NCBI GenBank assembly: GCA_902605755.1
Contig: CACLDR010000002.1
Coordinates: forward strand, 44,832-108,831
Direction: 5' to 3'
From: an uncultured Marinoscillum sp.
GTDB lineage: Bacteria; Bacteroidota; Bacteroidia; Cytophagales; Cyclobacteriaceae
Length of the DNA stretch: 64,000 nt
The translations under genes and the position numbers were made by a program. This document shows positions 41,171 through 51,313 of this stretch, one piece after another (position 1 is the stretch's first letter; every line of letters begins with the position of its first letter). The notes beneath the pieces are model-generated. The model was not told where the DNA came from. It worked only from the letters and a program-made list of their open reading frames with translations, and made no database searches.

Positions 41171-42136
41171 ATGAAAAATACGCTCACCATAATATTCTGC
41201 TTCCTTCTTGGTCAGGCTCAAGCACAGTATATGTATCCTGACCAAGAAGTTGCGATACTTATCAAAAATAAGGATTTGGTCGTTCAGTTGCTTCCAGAAA
41301 GTTCAGGAGTTGAAAAAGCTTTAAACAAAGTATTAAGAGAAACGTTTGAGGAGTACTGGCCTGATAAAAAAATGAAATATATGTTTCCCCCAAGAGTAAA
41401 AGCTCTTATGAAGTCAAAGCCCCAAAACTATGCAATTCTAACTCAAACTGAATCACTTGGCAAACAAATAAAATCACTACCGGAATATGCCAATGGAAGT
41501 ATGGAAAAATGGATTTTAGGTGCTTCAAAAGAGGCGAGTGAAGAACAAAAAAATGCACTGTCAAATTTTAATTATAAAAAAGTACAACTAGAATACCATG
41601 AACATAAATTGAGTGTTTTTGACGGAAAAAAAGAAAAAGTTGCGACGATAATCACATTTGTAAATGGTAATTTGGGTAAACATGATTATGTTTTTTTATC
41701 TCAACAATTGCACCATCTACTCAATAATGCTGCTGCCGGTATTCCTCGTGATGAGTTTTGGAATGTAGATGAAAATATTAAAGCTCTAAGAAATACAAAA
41801 TACAGCTTATTGGAGGATTATTTTAAAACAGAGGACCTCTTCCAAATTGACAAGACACTTGTAAATTTATATACCATGATTCCCTTCGAAGCTTATCAAA
41901 AAATTATAGTTGAGAAAACTCTCGGCAGAAGTTATCCTAAAATTATTTTCTCTTATTTACATGGTAGATTTATGTGGGTTATGATCAGATCTAGTGATGG
42001 TCGAATTCTATCTATTAACAGCTGTAATAATTATAAATTTACCGGAAATTATCCTGCAAATGAAATGATTCGATCGGATGACATACACAAGTCTATGGAT
42101 AACTCCATTCAAATCCTTTTTAATAAGTATCGATAA
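41171..42136 (+). CDS. Hypothetical secreted protein
   Basis: Cleavable signal peptide (IIFCFLLGQAQAQ) and a 321-aa ORF of normal composition. No family recognised. Confidence 0.65.
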   Translation: MKNTLTIIFCFLLGQAQAQYMYPDQEVAILIKNKDLVVQLLPESSGVEKALNKVLRETFEEYWPDKKMKYMFPPRVKALMKSKPQNYAILTQTESLGKQIKSLPEYANGSMEKWILGASKEASEEQKNALSNFNYKKVQLEYHEHKLSVFDGKKEKVATIITFVNGNLGKHDYVFLSQQLHHLLNNAAAGIPRDEFWNVDENIKALRNTKYSLLEDYFKTEDLFQIDKTLVNLYTMIPFEAYQKIIVEKTLGRSYPKIIFSYLHGRFMWVMIRSSDGRILSINSCNNYKFTGNYPANEMIRSDDIHKSMDNSIQILFNKYR

Positions 42137-42236
42137 TGCCTGTAAAGGGTTCCATTCAAATGTGAATTTAGTTTAACAATGGATCAAAGAATAAAAATAT
42201 TACCAGTTTAAAAAACCAAAAAAATATACTTTTAAA

Positions 42237-44477
42237 ATGATGCATAATTTTGATCTGTTTGAGCCCTATCCAATCTCACCCGTAAAAATAACGCGTTTAG
42301 CAGGTTATGGCAGTATCAATTATCAAGTCGAAGATCTTGACGGCCAAACTTATCTTTTCAAGCACCATATGGATCCAAACAGCATCAAAAGAATCAAAGC
42401 TGAAAATAAAATAATGACCTATTTATCTAAACAGCTACCCATAGAAGTCTCAAGCCCTTCTTATGACGAGCTTATTACCTATCCCGATCACAGTTTCTCA
42501 AGGATGCTTTGCTTTATCAATGGTATTTTTCTTAAAGATATTGAAGCAACATCCGAATTGAGCTTCAATTTTGGGAAAATAATTGCTTTATCACACCAAT
42601 CTTTGAGTACTTATAGAGATGCAGATATTGAAGCTTATGATCATAAGTGGAATCTGATAAATTGTTTAGATAGTATTGAAGACATATTCCTAATTTCTGA
42701 TCCCACTCAACAAAAAATAGTCAACTATTTTTTAGAGCAATACAAACAAATTTGCGCTGTTTCAATCCGAAAACTTCCAAAACAAATCGTTCATAATGAC
42801 CTAAATGATTGGAATGTATTAGTAGAAGGTGATCAAATCAAAGGTATCATAGACTTTGGTGATATATGTTATGCACCAAAAATATGTGATCTAGCAATCG
42901 CAATGTCTTACTTACTCCTTGATACACCTAATCCGCTTATCCGAGCAATCGCTTTAATCGAAGGTTACCTTTCCATACAAAAACTTGATGAAAAAGAAAT
43001 TGATTTACTTTATTATCTGATCCCAGCCCGATTATGTGTGAGCGTAATTAGCTCAAATAAAGAACGATCTCAAGGTAATACCGAAGATTACATTTTTGTT
43101 ACCGAACAAAAAGCATGGACTTTATTGTCCAAATGGCTCAAAATAAATCCTATTCTATTTGCCAATAGTCTAAACAAATCTCTTGCTCTAAAAAGGATAA
43201 ATATTGAATCTAATCTTATTTCAAAAAGGAAAGAATATATAAACAGTGCACTAAGTCTGAGTTTTGACGATCCGATTCATATGACCTCGGCCGCCTTTCA
43301 ATATATGTATAGTGCCGATGGAAACACTTATTTGGATGCCTATAACAACATTCCGCATGTAGGGCATTGCCATCCAAAAGTAACTCAGGCGGCAGTTGCG
43401 CAAATAGGAAAACTTAATACCAATACGAGATATTTATATGATGCCTTAATATCCTACAGTGAAAGATTATTGAAGCATTTCCCTGATAGCCTCAATAAGG
43501 TAATCTTCGTAAATTCTGGTAGCGAGGCCTCAGATCTAGCCATCCGTATAGCCCAAAATCATACTTCTAGTAAACATATTTTAGTATTGGAAGATGGATA
43601 TCATGGACACACGAATATGGGAATGAATATCAGTGCTTATAAATTTAATCAAAATGGAGGTGATGAAGTAAATAAAAACGTAACTGTACTCCCTTTACCC
43701 AAAATATACAGAGGACATCGAAATTCAGGTAATGCGTATGCCTTGGAAGCCATAACGATTATTGATGATTTACTGGCAAAAGGGGTCACCCCAGCGGCCT
43801 TTATCGCTGAACCCATATCAGGTTGTGGTGGTCAAATTCCTCTTGCCGATGGGTATTTACAAACTTTATATCCTTACCTTAAAAAGAAAGGAATAGTATG
43901 TATCTCAGATGAAGTTCAGGTTGGATTTGGTCGCATGGGGAATGTCTTCTGGGGCTATCAACTTTATGATATCGTGCCTGATCTAGTAATACTTGGTAAA
44001 CCAATGGGAAACGGACATCCCATAGGAGGAGTCATCTCAACTTTAGCTTTAAGCGAATCATTTGACAATGGAATAGAATTCTTCAGTTCTTTTGGAGGAA
44101 ATCCCGTATCCATGCAAATTGCTCATGCTGTACTTGATGTAATTGAGGAGGAAAACTTGCAAAATAATGCAGCAGAGGTAGGTAAGTATTTTGACCAATA
44201 TGCTAAAAGTTTGATTACAAATTACCCTCAGATTGGTGATATCAGAAATCAAGGACTATTTCTCGGGCTAGAACTAGTGCATCCAAACACCCTCGCACCA
44301 GCAACAACTTACGCTGCAAAAGTGAAGAATGAACTGAAAAAGCGGTTCATATTGACCGGAACAGATGGGCCCAAAAAAAATGTATTGAAACTGAAACCTC
44401 CGCTTTGTTTTACGATTCAAAATGTAAATCAATTTTTCGATGCTTTTGAAGAATCTATGAAGCAAACATCAGTTTAA
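42237..44477 (+). CDS. Fusion protein: APH-type (aminoglycoside phosphotransferase-like) kinase domain plus class-III PLP-dependent aminotransferase-fold domain
   Basis: The N-terminal ~330 aa have the APH catalytic loop and metal site ([26 protein letters not shown]). The C-terminal ~410 aa have class-III aminotransferase blocks ([41 protein letters not shown] with the PLP lysine). Confidence 0.85.
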   Translation: MMHNFDLFEPYPISPVKITRLAGYGSINYQVEDLDGQTYLFKHHMDPNSIKRIKAENKIMTYLSKQLPIEVSSPSYDELITYPDHSFSRMLCFINGIFLKDIEATSELSFNFGKIIALSHQSLSTYRDADIEAYDHKWNLINCLDSIEDIFLISDPTQQKIVNYFLEQYKQICAVSIRKLPKQIVHNDLNDWNVLVEGDQIKGIIDFGDICYAPKICDLAIAMSYLLLDTPNPLIRAIALIEGYLSIQKLDEKEIDLLYYLIPARLCVSVISSNKERSQGNTEDYIFVTEQKAWTLLSKWLKINPILFANSLNKSLALKRINIESNLISKRKEYINSALSLSFDDPIHMTSAAFQYMYSADGNTYLDAYNNIPHVGHCHPKVTQAAVAQIGKLNTNTRYLYDALISYSERLLKHFPDSLNKVIFVNSGSEASDLAIRIAQNHTSSKHILVLEDGYHGHTNMGMNISAYKFNQNGGDEVNKNVTVLPLPKIYRGHRNSGNAYALEAITIIDDLLAKGVTPAAFIAEPISGCGGQIPLADGYLQTLYPYLKKKGIVCISDEVQVGFGRMGNVFWGYQLYDIVPDLVILGKPMGNGHPIGGVISTLALSESFDNGIEFFSSFGGNPVSMQIAHAVLDVIEEENLQNNAAEVGKYFDQYAKSLITNYPQIGDIRNQGLFLGLELVHPNTLAPATTYAAKVKNELKKRFILTGTDGPKKNVLKLKPPLCFTIQNVNQFFDAFEESMKQTSV

Positions 44478-44660
44478 TTCTTATGACTAATTTTGGTAAA
44501 TACAATTTTCAACAAATCATGAAAAATATTTCATAAAGTTAAAACTTAGCCTAATAATTTTCCAAACCTCATGTGGAAAAATCAAGTATTACATCAAATA
44601 GCAGTAAAAAATAAGTTATCAACTCTAATAAATTAATGAACTTTACGAAAATTATCAAAC

Positions 44661-45800
44661 GTGAAATTAAAATTAAAGAAAAAGTACCTTTGGATATCTT
44701 TTACAATTCTCATATTGGCCTGCAATTATGAGGGAAAACCTCCCATATTAACAGAAAAATTAGATCAAAAGTCTAAGCAACCTCTCAATATTATTTTATT
44801 GATTGGTGATGGTATGGGACTCAGTCAGATTTCATCCAGTTTTTATTTTAATGATAAATTACCAAATTTTGCTCGATTCAAAACTATTGGATTAATTAAT
44901 GTTATTGCAGCAAATTCAAAAATAACAGATTCTGCTGCTGGTGCCACTTCATTTGCTTGCGGTATCAAAACATTTAATGGAGCAATTGGTGTTGATATGA
45001 GTAAAAAACCAGTGGAAAATATTGTCGAATTACTATCCCAAGAGAATTACCAAACCGGCTTAATTGCCACCTCCTCGATTACCCATGCTACACCTGCCTC
45101 ATTTTATGCCCATGTCGTCTCTAGAGACTGGGAAGAGGAAATAGCGGACCAAATGGCTACATCACCCATCGATTTTTTTGCTGGTGGTGGTTTAAAATTC
45201 TTTCAAAATCGTGAAGATGGCAAAAATATTCTTGACTTGCTTAAAGATAATGGATTTGATATCCATACTGATGTTATTGACCAAAAAATCGATAGCAGCA
45301 AAAGACATGGGTTCTTATTGGGGCAAGAAGAAATGCTAAAAATGATTGAAGGAAGAGGTGATTTTCTCGAGAAATCAGCACAAAAAGCATTAAGCTACTT
45401 TGAAGATAATAGAGCTCCCTTTTTTCTCATGGTAGAGGGCTCTCAAATTGATTGGGCTGGTCACGATAATGAGGCTAATTATCTCATAACTGAGTTATTG
45501 GACTTTGATAAAATGGTGGGTTTTGTCCTAGATTATGCAGAAGAAGAAGGCAATACTTTGGTTATTGTCACCGCTGATCACGAGACAGGAGGATTTACAC
45601 TTTCAGGAGAGGTTACTGGACAAAATTCAGAAGGCGAAGATGAGCATAATTATAACATCATAGTTCCCACATTTTCAACGACAGGTCACAGTGCAGCCTT
45701 AATCCCTGTTTTAGCTTTTGGTCCCCAATCATCACTTTTTTCCGGATTTTATCAAAATACTGATATTTATCACAAAATTAGAAAAGCACTAGCTCAATAA
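44661..45800 (+). CDS. Alkaline phosphatase (PhoA family), lipoprotein
   Basis: Lipobox ILAC, LIGDGMG, nucleophile motif TDSAAGATSFACG, DWAGHDN and TADHETGG. GTG start. Confidence 0.9.
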   Translation: MKLKLKKKYLWISFTILILACNYEGKPPILTEKLDQKSKQPLNIILLIGDGMGLSQISSSFYFNDKLPNFARFKTIGLINVIAANSKITDSAAGATSFACGIKTFNGAIGVDMSKKPVENIVELLSQENYQTGLIATSSITHATPASFYAHVVSRDWEEEIADQMATSPIDFFAGGGLKFFQNREDGKNILDLLKDNGFDIHTDVIDQKIDSSKRHGFLLGQEEMLKMIEGRGDFLEKSAQKALSYFEDNRAPFFLMVEGSQIDWAGHDNEANYLITELLDFDKMVGFVLDYAEEEGNTLVIVTADHETGGFTLSGEVTGQNSEGEDEHNYNIIVPTFSTTGHSAALIPVLAFGPQSSLFSGFYQNTDIYHKIRKALAQ

Positions 45801-46244
45801 CATGAAGAGTACCGCCCACATTTGCAAGATCTATTAATAAAACATGAATAATTGTCAGGTTAAGCCTGATTTTTTCAAAAATAAGGAATGAGTACTTAGT
45901 TGTAAAAAAATAAGCCAGCTAACACTGGTACCGAGCTCCGCAAAGACTAATAATTGGTGATAAAACCGCTGAGCAATTGAATCATATGCTAATTGCCTTG
46001 ATGCACTCAGGAAAGAGAAAAAACTAAAGAGGATTTCAAAATGATTTAAACTAAGTCAATTGATTAGTTTCATTTAACTCAAAATTTTAATTTTAATGAA
46101 AAAATTAAAAGATTGAACTTATGTGTACTCAATAAGCAATGCATGGTAAAAAAATGGCCTAGCACCAAGAAGTTGAATCTATCGCATTAAAGTTCTTAAA
46201 AAAAATATGTCCATGACCTTTTACTAATTTAATATTTTATGTGA

Positions 46245-46720
46245 TTAAAAGCCTGTCATTGGTATGTTTTCGAAGATACCATTTGTAATTATCACTGAAT
46301 CAGCAGCAAAAGTATCATTGATAATTGAAATAGGTGTCATTGAAAAAATTCAGGTCATTACTTCATTTCTGTACCTAGTAACCGTTAAAGCTACAGAACG
46401 AGCAACAAATAATTCAGATTTATAGGCTGCATAAGAATCTTTTCCCAAATAGGTATACTCCTGGCAAATCTTCTCCAAATGGAATTACGGGAGAAGTATT
46501 AGCAGTAGTGAAACCGAAAGTCAAGATCTCATCTTTGGGATTTCAAAAGGCTAATAAAACAGTACTGTTTTAGTTATCTATGATTGCATGAATTAATTAA
46601 TGTAAAATTTTAATCCCCATCGAGACTAAAATTTACAAAACTCCTGTTAAAATTTATACCATCAACAACTACATCATTACCGCAAGAGTAAAAGTTTCAT
46701 TAGAGCAATAAAAGAATAGA
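46245..46720 (-). pseudogene. Shattered relic of a lipoprotein-like gene inside the 1.5-kb ORF-free stretch
   Basis: My minus-strand translation gives ILLLL**NFYSCGNDVVVDGINFNRSFVNFSLDGD* (signal-peptide end plus lipobox-like FYSC with an in-frame TAA-TGA). Further on come EILTFGFTTANTSPVIPFGEDLPGVYLFGK, a frameshift, DSYAAYKSELFVARSVALTVTRYRNEVMT, an in-frame TGA, then IFSMTPISIINDTFAADSVIITNGIFENIPMTGF*. No family recognised. Confidence 0.3.
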
Positions 46721-47349
46721 CAAAATTGACTTTATTCGTATAAATAAATAATATTAGTTTAAGTTTCATTTACTCGCGCAGGCTAAACGCCTCTACCCAA
46801 AAAGCAATGCTAAAAGTTATTAATTTAAAATTTTTTAACTAATCGAAATTAACATTTTATTATTTATCCTATAATCTTTTTAAGAAAAATTGGTTTTTTA
46901 AATTAAGAAATTTGAACTATTTCATTAATTAGGAGATAGTTTGATTGTCCAAATAAGCTAAGACATCGCCAACTATAATGTTACTTTTGGACTACATATA
47001 ATCAAAAAAATTTAAAGCTACTAAAATGAATATTAATTTATAATTTCTAAATACCAATTAACAATACTTCTTCTACGTTGTATTTCCATTAGTATTTACT
47101 TTTTTTAACTAACTAAGGCGACCAAAACATACAAAAAAATCAAAATTGATAATCAGAAAAAGTCATTATCCAACGTCTAAGCAAACCTTGTCATTTATTT
47201 TCTCAATTTAAAAATTATATAAGTGTTATATTTAAACTTCTATCATTAAACTCGTTTATTCCTTAGCGATCTTACTTAAGAAAATTGAAAAGGCCAATTG
47301 AATAATAATTGATTTAAGCTTAATTGTTTTATTACTATTATAATCCCGA

Positions 47350-48000
47350 ATGTCTAACTTACTTATACTAACCCTACGTGATCTTTGGTATTTTATTAAA
47401 AAGCCAGTCGAACTAAAACAAGTTAGAATACCCCTTAAGGTCAAAATAAGTACCTTTTTAGCCCTTTTTGTAATACAAATACCTCCTCTTATAGTACTTT
47501 CGGCCTTACTTAGTGGATTGGAGATTTTGGGCCTATGGGAAGAAGATATGCACCGTTTGCAGAAAATTTTTAAGGAAATGAAACCCGGGTTAATCTTCTT
47601 TTTTGCTGTAATAATAGCCCCTCTTTTTGAAGAAATGATGTTCCGACTCATTCTCAAATTCAGATATAATTTTTTAATATTATGGCCTATACAATTGCTC
47701 ATTCTCTTACAAATAAGTAACAAAATAAATCTCCTTAAGACTATTCTTAATTATTGGAATAAGTTTTACGGATGGATTTTTTATCTTATCTCCATTGCAT
47801 TCGGTCTTATACATATCCTGAATTTCGAGCCCTCCTTAAATATTTATTTACTAGCACCAGTTTTAGTAGCTCCGCAAATCTTAATTGGAATCAATTTAGG
47901 ATATCTCCGCATCCGATTTGGATTAATTTGGAGTATTTTATTTCATGCATTTTATAATGGAATTTTAATGAGCATTGCCTTACTCTCGGGCGAAATATAA
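47350..48000 (+). CDS. CPBP family intramembrane glutamic endopeptidase (CAAX protease/Abi-like)
   Basis: APLFEEMMFRLIL (EExxxR), FGLIHILNF (FxxxH) and LFHAFYNGIL (HxxxN) lie in a multi-TM protein. Confidence 0.85.
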   Translation: MSNLLILTLRDLWYFIKKPVELKQVRIPLKVKISTFLALFVIQIPPLIVLSALLSGLEILGLWEEDMHRLQKIFKEMKPGLIFFFAVIIAPLFEEMMFRLILKFRYNFLILWPIQLLILLQISNKINLLKTILNYWNKFYGWIFYLISIAFGLIHILNFEPSLNIYLLAPVLVAPQILIGINLGYLRIRFGLIWSILFHAFYNGILMSIALLSGEI

Positions 48001-48058
48001 TTCTAATTTGAATAAAAATTATTACTAATTGTTCAAAAAATATTTTCATAATACTACT

Positions 48059-49400
48059 ATGGAAACGTATCAAGTAAAAAGATTTTTACAACAAAAAGAT
48101 TAGTTATTAAATCCATTTGTAACTGATGATTACAAAGAAAAAATCACTAATATTTCGGTAATTGGTACCTATGATGAATACAATGAAGATTACGTTTTAC
48201 CTGGATTCCAGAATGTTCACTCACATGTTTTTAAATACCTGATGTCTCGCTTAACGGAAATAGACAGTAATCAATCTCACTAAGATAATTTGTGGACTTG
48301 AAGGTGCGCCATGCACTAAGTGGCTTTATCAGTCAATCCTGAACAATGAGAATCAATAGCCACCATGCTCTATGTAGAATTCCTTCACTATGACTACGAG
48401 TCAGTAGCTAATTCCATTATTTGCATCACGATGAAGACTGCCAACACTATGGCAACTTGAGTAAGTTGGGAGAACGATTGATCTCTGTAGCCACAAAAGC
48501 GGGCATTAATATTACTCTGATGCCCATATTTTATCAAAAAGGAGGGTTCGGTCTGTCCGCTGAAGTCCATCAAAGAAGATCCGAGAGACAAGATGTTGAT
48601 GACAATTTTTGCTATGAATCCATTAGACTTTATGAAAATGCGCAAATGGGTTTTGGTATTCATATTTTGCGTGCTGATCACGTTCCCATAGAACACATTT
48701 TTACAGAAGGTCCAATAGATCGTCCCATCCATTTACATCTGGCAGAGCAATTGAGAGGTAGACGAATGCATTAATCTTTATGGAGAAAGACCCCTGCTAT
48801 TGGTTATTAAATCGGAATCTTTTAAATGGTCGATTTCACCTCATTAATTGCACTATTTCAATTCTGAGGAGGTGAAAAGAATTGCTGAAAGTCAAGCAAA
48901 GGTCTTACTTTGTGCGGCGACTGAAGCAAATTTAGGAGATGGACTTTTGCAACTGAGGTTATTCCTAAAAAAGGAGGATAGTGGTTTACAGGAATGGATA
49001 GTCAAATCAATCTCAATCCTTTTGAAGAATTCTGAATACTTGATTATGTTCAACGTACCAAAACTCATGATCGGGCACAGTTTATATCTAAACGTGAAAT
49101 AAATGCAGGAAAATTTGCCAAGGATATGGCTTGTCACAATGAAAGAATAGCTATGAGAGAAAAAAATTGAATTTCCTGACTGTAGGTGATTCTTTGGATT
49201 CAGTTATTATAAACGCCAATACCCCATAAATATCAGTATCAAAGCCTGAAAAAATTTTGAAACATTAGTTTACTCAGGTCAAACAAACGATTTGATAGGA
49301 ACTTTAGTAAACGGTAAGTAGCTGATTAAAAAATAAAAGCATATAAATCAAAAAGAAATACAAAACTCCAAGGTCAAAAGTATGTATCAGAAAAAGATCA
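48059..49400 (+). pseudogene. Heavily eroded amidohydrolase, formimidoylglutamate deiminase (HutF)-like
   Basis: Diagnostic blocks survive in different frames: LPGFQNVHSHVF (about 48197-48232), INITLMPIFYQKGGFG and HLHLAEQL (ORF 48421..48774), and LLCAATEANLGDG (ORF 48848..49102). Many stops and at least two frame changes lie between them. The boundaries are approximate. Confidence 0.7.
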
Positions 49401-49417
49401 GATAATAGACCAAAATA

Positions 49418-51313
49418 TTAATACAAAAACTCAAATGCACTTCGATAATTATGGTTCAATTGGTAATGTTGAATTAATTTATTAAAAAAAACATGTTTAC
49501 TTAAAGTCGCGGAATCTCCGATAAGCGAAAGCTTATATTTAGCACGTGTCATTGCTACATTCAATCGCTTTTCCTCAGACAAAAAACCAATTATGCCTTG
49601 GGTATTGCTTCGTGTCAGAGAAATAAAAACAATATCTCTTTCTTGACCCTGAAAAGCATCCACTGAATTTATACTTATTTTTTTGAAAATTATGGATGGA
49701 TATTTAAGTTCACTCAAAAAATATCTTAATAATTCTACTTGAGCTTTATAGGGAGCAATAATTGCATAACTGTAATCTTCCGGATTGTTAATATTTATCA
49801 CAAATTTATTCAACTGATTGATGGTAAAATGTGCTTCATCTTGATTAAAGGTACTTAAAGTTTCCTTGTTTAATGTCTCCTCATATCCACAACCAGCAGT
49901 GTCTATGAATATAGTCGAATTTTCAAACTTTAACGGGCGATCCAAAATCGAAGGATCTGCTTTCAATGAGCCTTGATAAAAATATTGATTAGAAAATGCC
50001 ATAATCTCAGGATGCATACGATACTGCTGAGTTAGCATTACATCAATATCATATGCCTTAATACATCGTTCAAAAATAGTATTCCCAAACCCTTTAGCTA
50101 ATGCTTCCTTTGATTTCACTGTAGGGGCCAACTGCAGATGATCCCCTGCCATAATTACGCGATCTGCCTTACTTAAAGCGATCCATACTGCAGGTTCTAA
50201 AACTTGAGAAGATTCATCAATAAATACAGTCTTAAAATACTTATCAACAATGCGTTTATTATTAGCTCCCATTAAAGTGCATGCAATCACAGATACAGTA
50301 TTTAAGATACCTTCAACCATTTGATCCTCTAATATTCGTCCCTCTGTAATTAATAATCTAGCTTCATGTAAAAGCAATTTACGCTCTTGTGCCTCTGCGC
50401 GACCAAATCTACGCTTATATTGCTTTGCCAATCGCCTTAGTTCATCTGCTTTTTTTCTTATTTTTTTAAATTCTTTAAAAAGCGGATGCGCTATGATTTG
50501 TGCATCCAGAGTATGTTTTTCTATCTCTTCGGTCACGCGAGCAGGGTGACCCAATCGAGTAACCGATACTTTTTTTTGATGAAGTTTCTCAACGATCAAA
50601 TCAACTGCTGAATTGCTGGGTGCACAAACTAATACTTGTTTTTCTATTTGTAAGACATCTTTGATACACGTCACCAAAGTCGTTGTCTTTCCTGTTCCTG
50701 GAGGACCGTGAATCAGACCTATATCTCTGGCAGCATTGACTTTATTTAAGGCCTCATTTTGACTCGCATTCAAATCTGGATAAGTTATACCTTGTAATCC
50801 CTTAAATCTAGGGACCTTATTACCTAACGTATACTGAATCATTTGTGCTATTCTTCCTTTTTTTATTTCCAATAGGTTCCTTAAAACTTTTTCCATTTGA
50901 TCATAAGTTGCCTCATCAAATAACAAGTCCAAGCCAATTACCCCCGAATTAAGCCATTTTGGTGCTACATTTCCAGCCAACATGATGGCAATTTCATCAT
51001 TTTTCACCATAGATATTATGCCATGACTTGAATGTGTTTTTTGGCCTAAATTTACAAAAAGACTTGCTGATACACCCACCTGAAAAAGATGCCGTCTTTC
51101 TTTTATGGGAACATATCTGAAAGTTAAAATACAATGATCTCCTATCCCCAATTTAAAACTTTTAAAATATAATGGATAACAAGTAACCCCTTCTGACTTT
51201 CGCTGATTTAATGATTTGTTTCGGATTTTGATCTCATATTGATCTCTATCCTCCCGACGCTCTATTTTAAGTAACTCAAGTAGTTGAAGAAAATGCTGAT
51301 GTGGATCTATCAT
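49418..51313 (-). CDS. Superfamily 1 helicase, Upf1/IGHMBP2-like (AAA_11/AAA_12 type)
   Basis: Walker A GPPGTGKTTT, motif II FIDESSQ, MAGDHLQLAPTV, QYRMHPEI, VDAFQGQERDIVFISLTRSN and LNVAMTRAK, plus a ~190-aa N-terminal barrel-type region. Confidence 0.9.
   Translation of the reverse strand: MIDPHQHFLQLLELLKIERREDRDQYEIKIRNKSLNQRKSEGVTCYPLYFKSFKLGIGDHCILTFRYVPIKERRHLFQVGVSASLFVNLGQKTHSSHGIISMVKNDEIAIMLAGNVAPKWLNSGVIGLDLLFDEATYDQMEKVLRNLLEIKKGRIAQMIQYTLGNKVPRFKGLQGITYPDLNASQNEALNKVNAARDIGLIHGPPGTGKTTTLVTCIKDVLQIEKQVLVCAPSNSAVDLIVEKLHQKKVSVTRLGHPARVTEEIEKHTLDAQIIAHPLFKEFKKIRKKADELRRLAKQYKRRFGRAEAQERKLLLHEARLLITEGRILEDQMVEGILNTVSVIACTLMGANNKRIVDKYFKTVFIDESSQVLEPAVWIALSKADRVIMAGDHLQLAPTVKSKEALAKGFGNTIFERCIKAYDIDVMLTQQYRMHPEIMAFSNQYFYQGSLKADPSILDRPLKFENSTIFIDTAGCGYEETLNKETLSTFNQDEAHFTINQLNKFVININNPEDYSYAIIAPYKAQVELLRYFLSELKYPSIIFKKISINSVDAFQGQERDIVFISLTRSNTQGIIGFLSEEKRLNVAMTRAKYKLSLIGDSATLSKHVFFNKLIQHYQLNHNYRSAFEFLY

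Noticed and set aside
47256-47723. 155-aa ORF antisense to the CPBP protease gene
   Set aside because: The plus-strand ORF carries all three CPBP motifs. The minus-strand product is Lys/Ile/Ser/Arg-rich noise.
14746-49400. Possibility that the in-frame stops reflect stop-codon reassignment or programmed read-through rather than pseudogenes
   Set aside because: All three stop codons (TAA, TAG, TGA) occur as interruptions, and all three also terminate the clearly intact genes at the expected positions. Several of the same genes also carry frameshifts and substitutions in conserved motifs. Only the isolated TGA at 38439-38441 is kept as a low-probability recoding lead.
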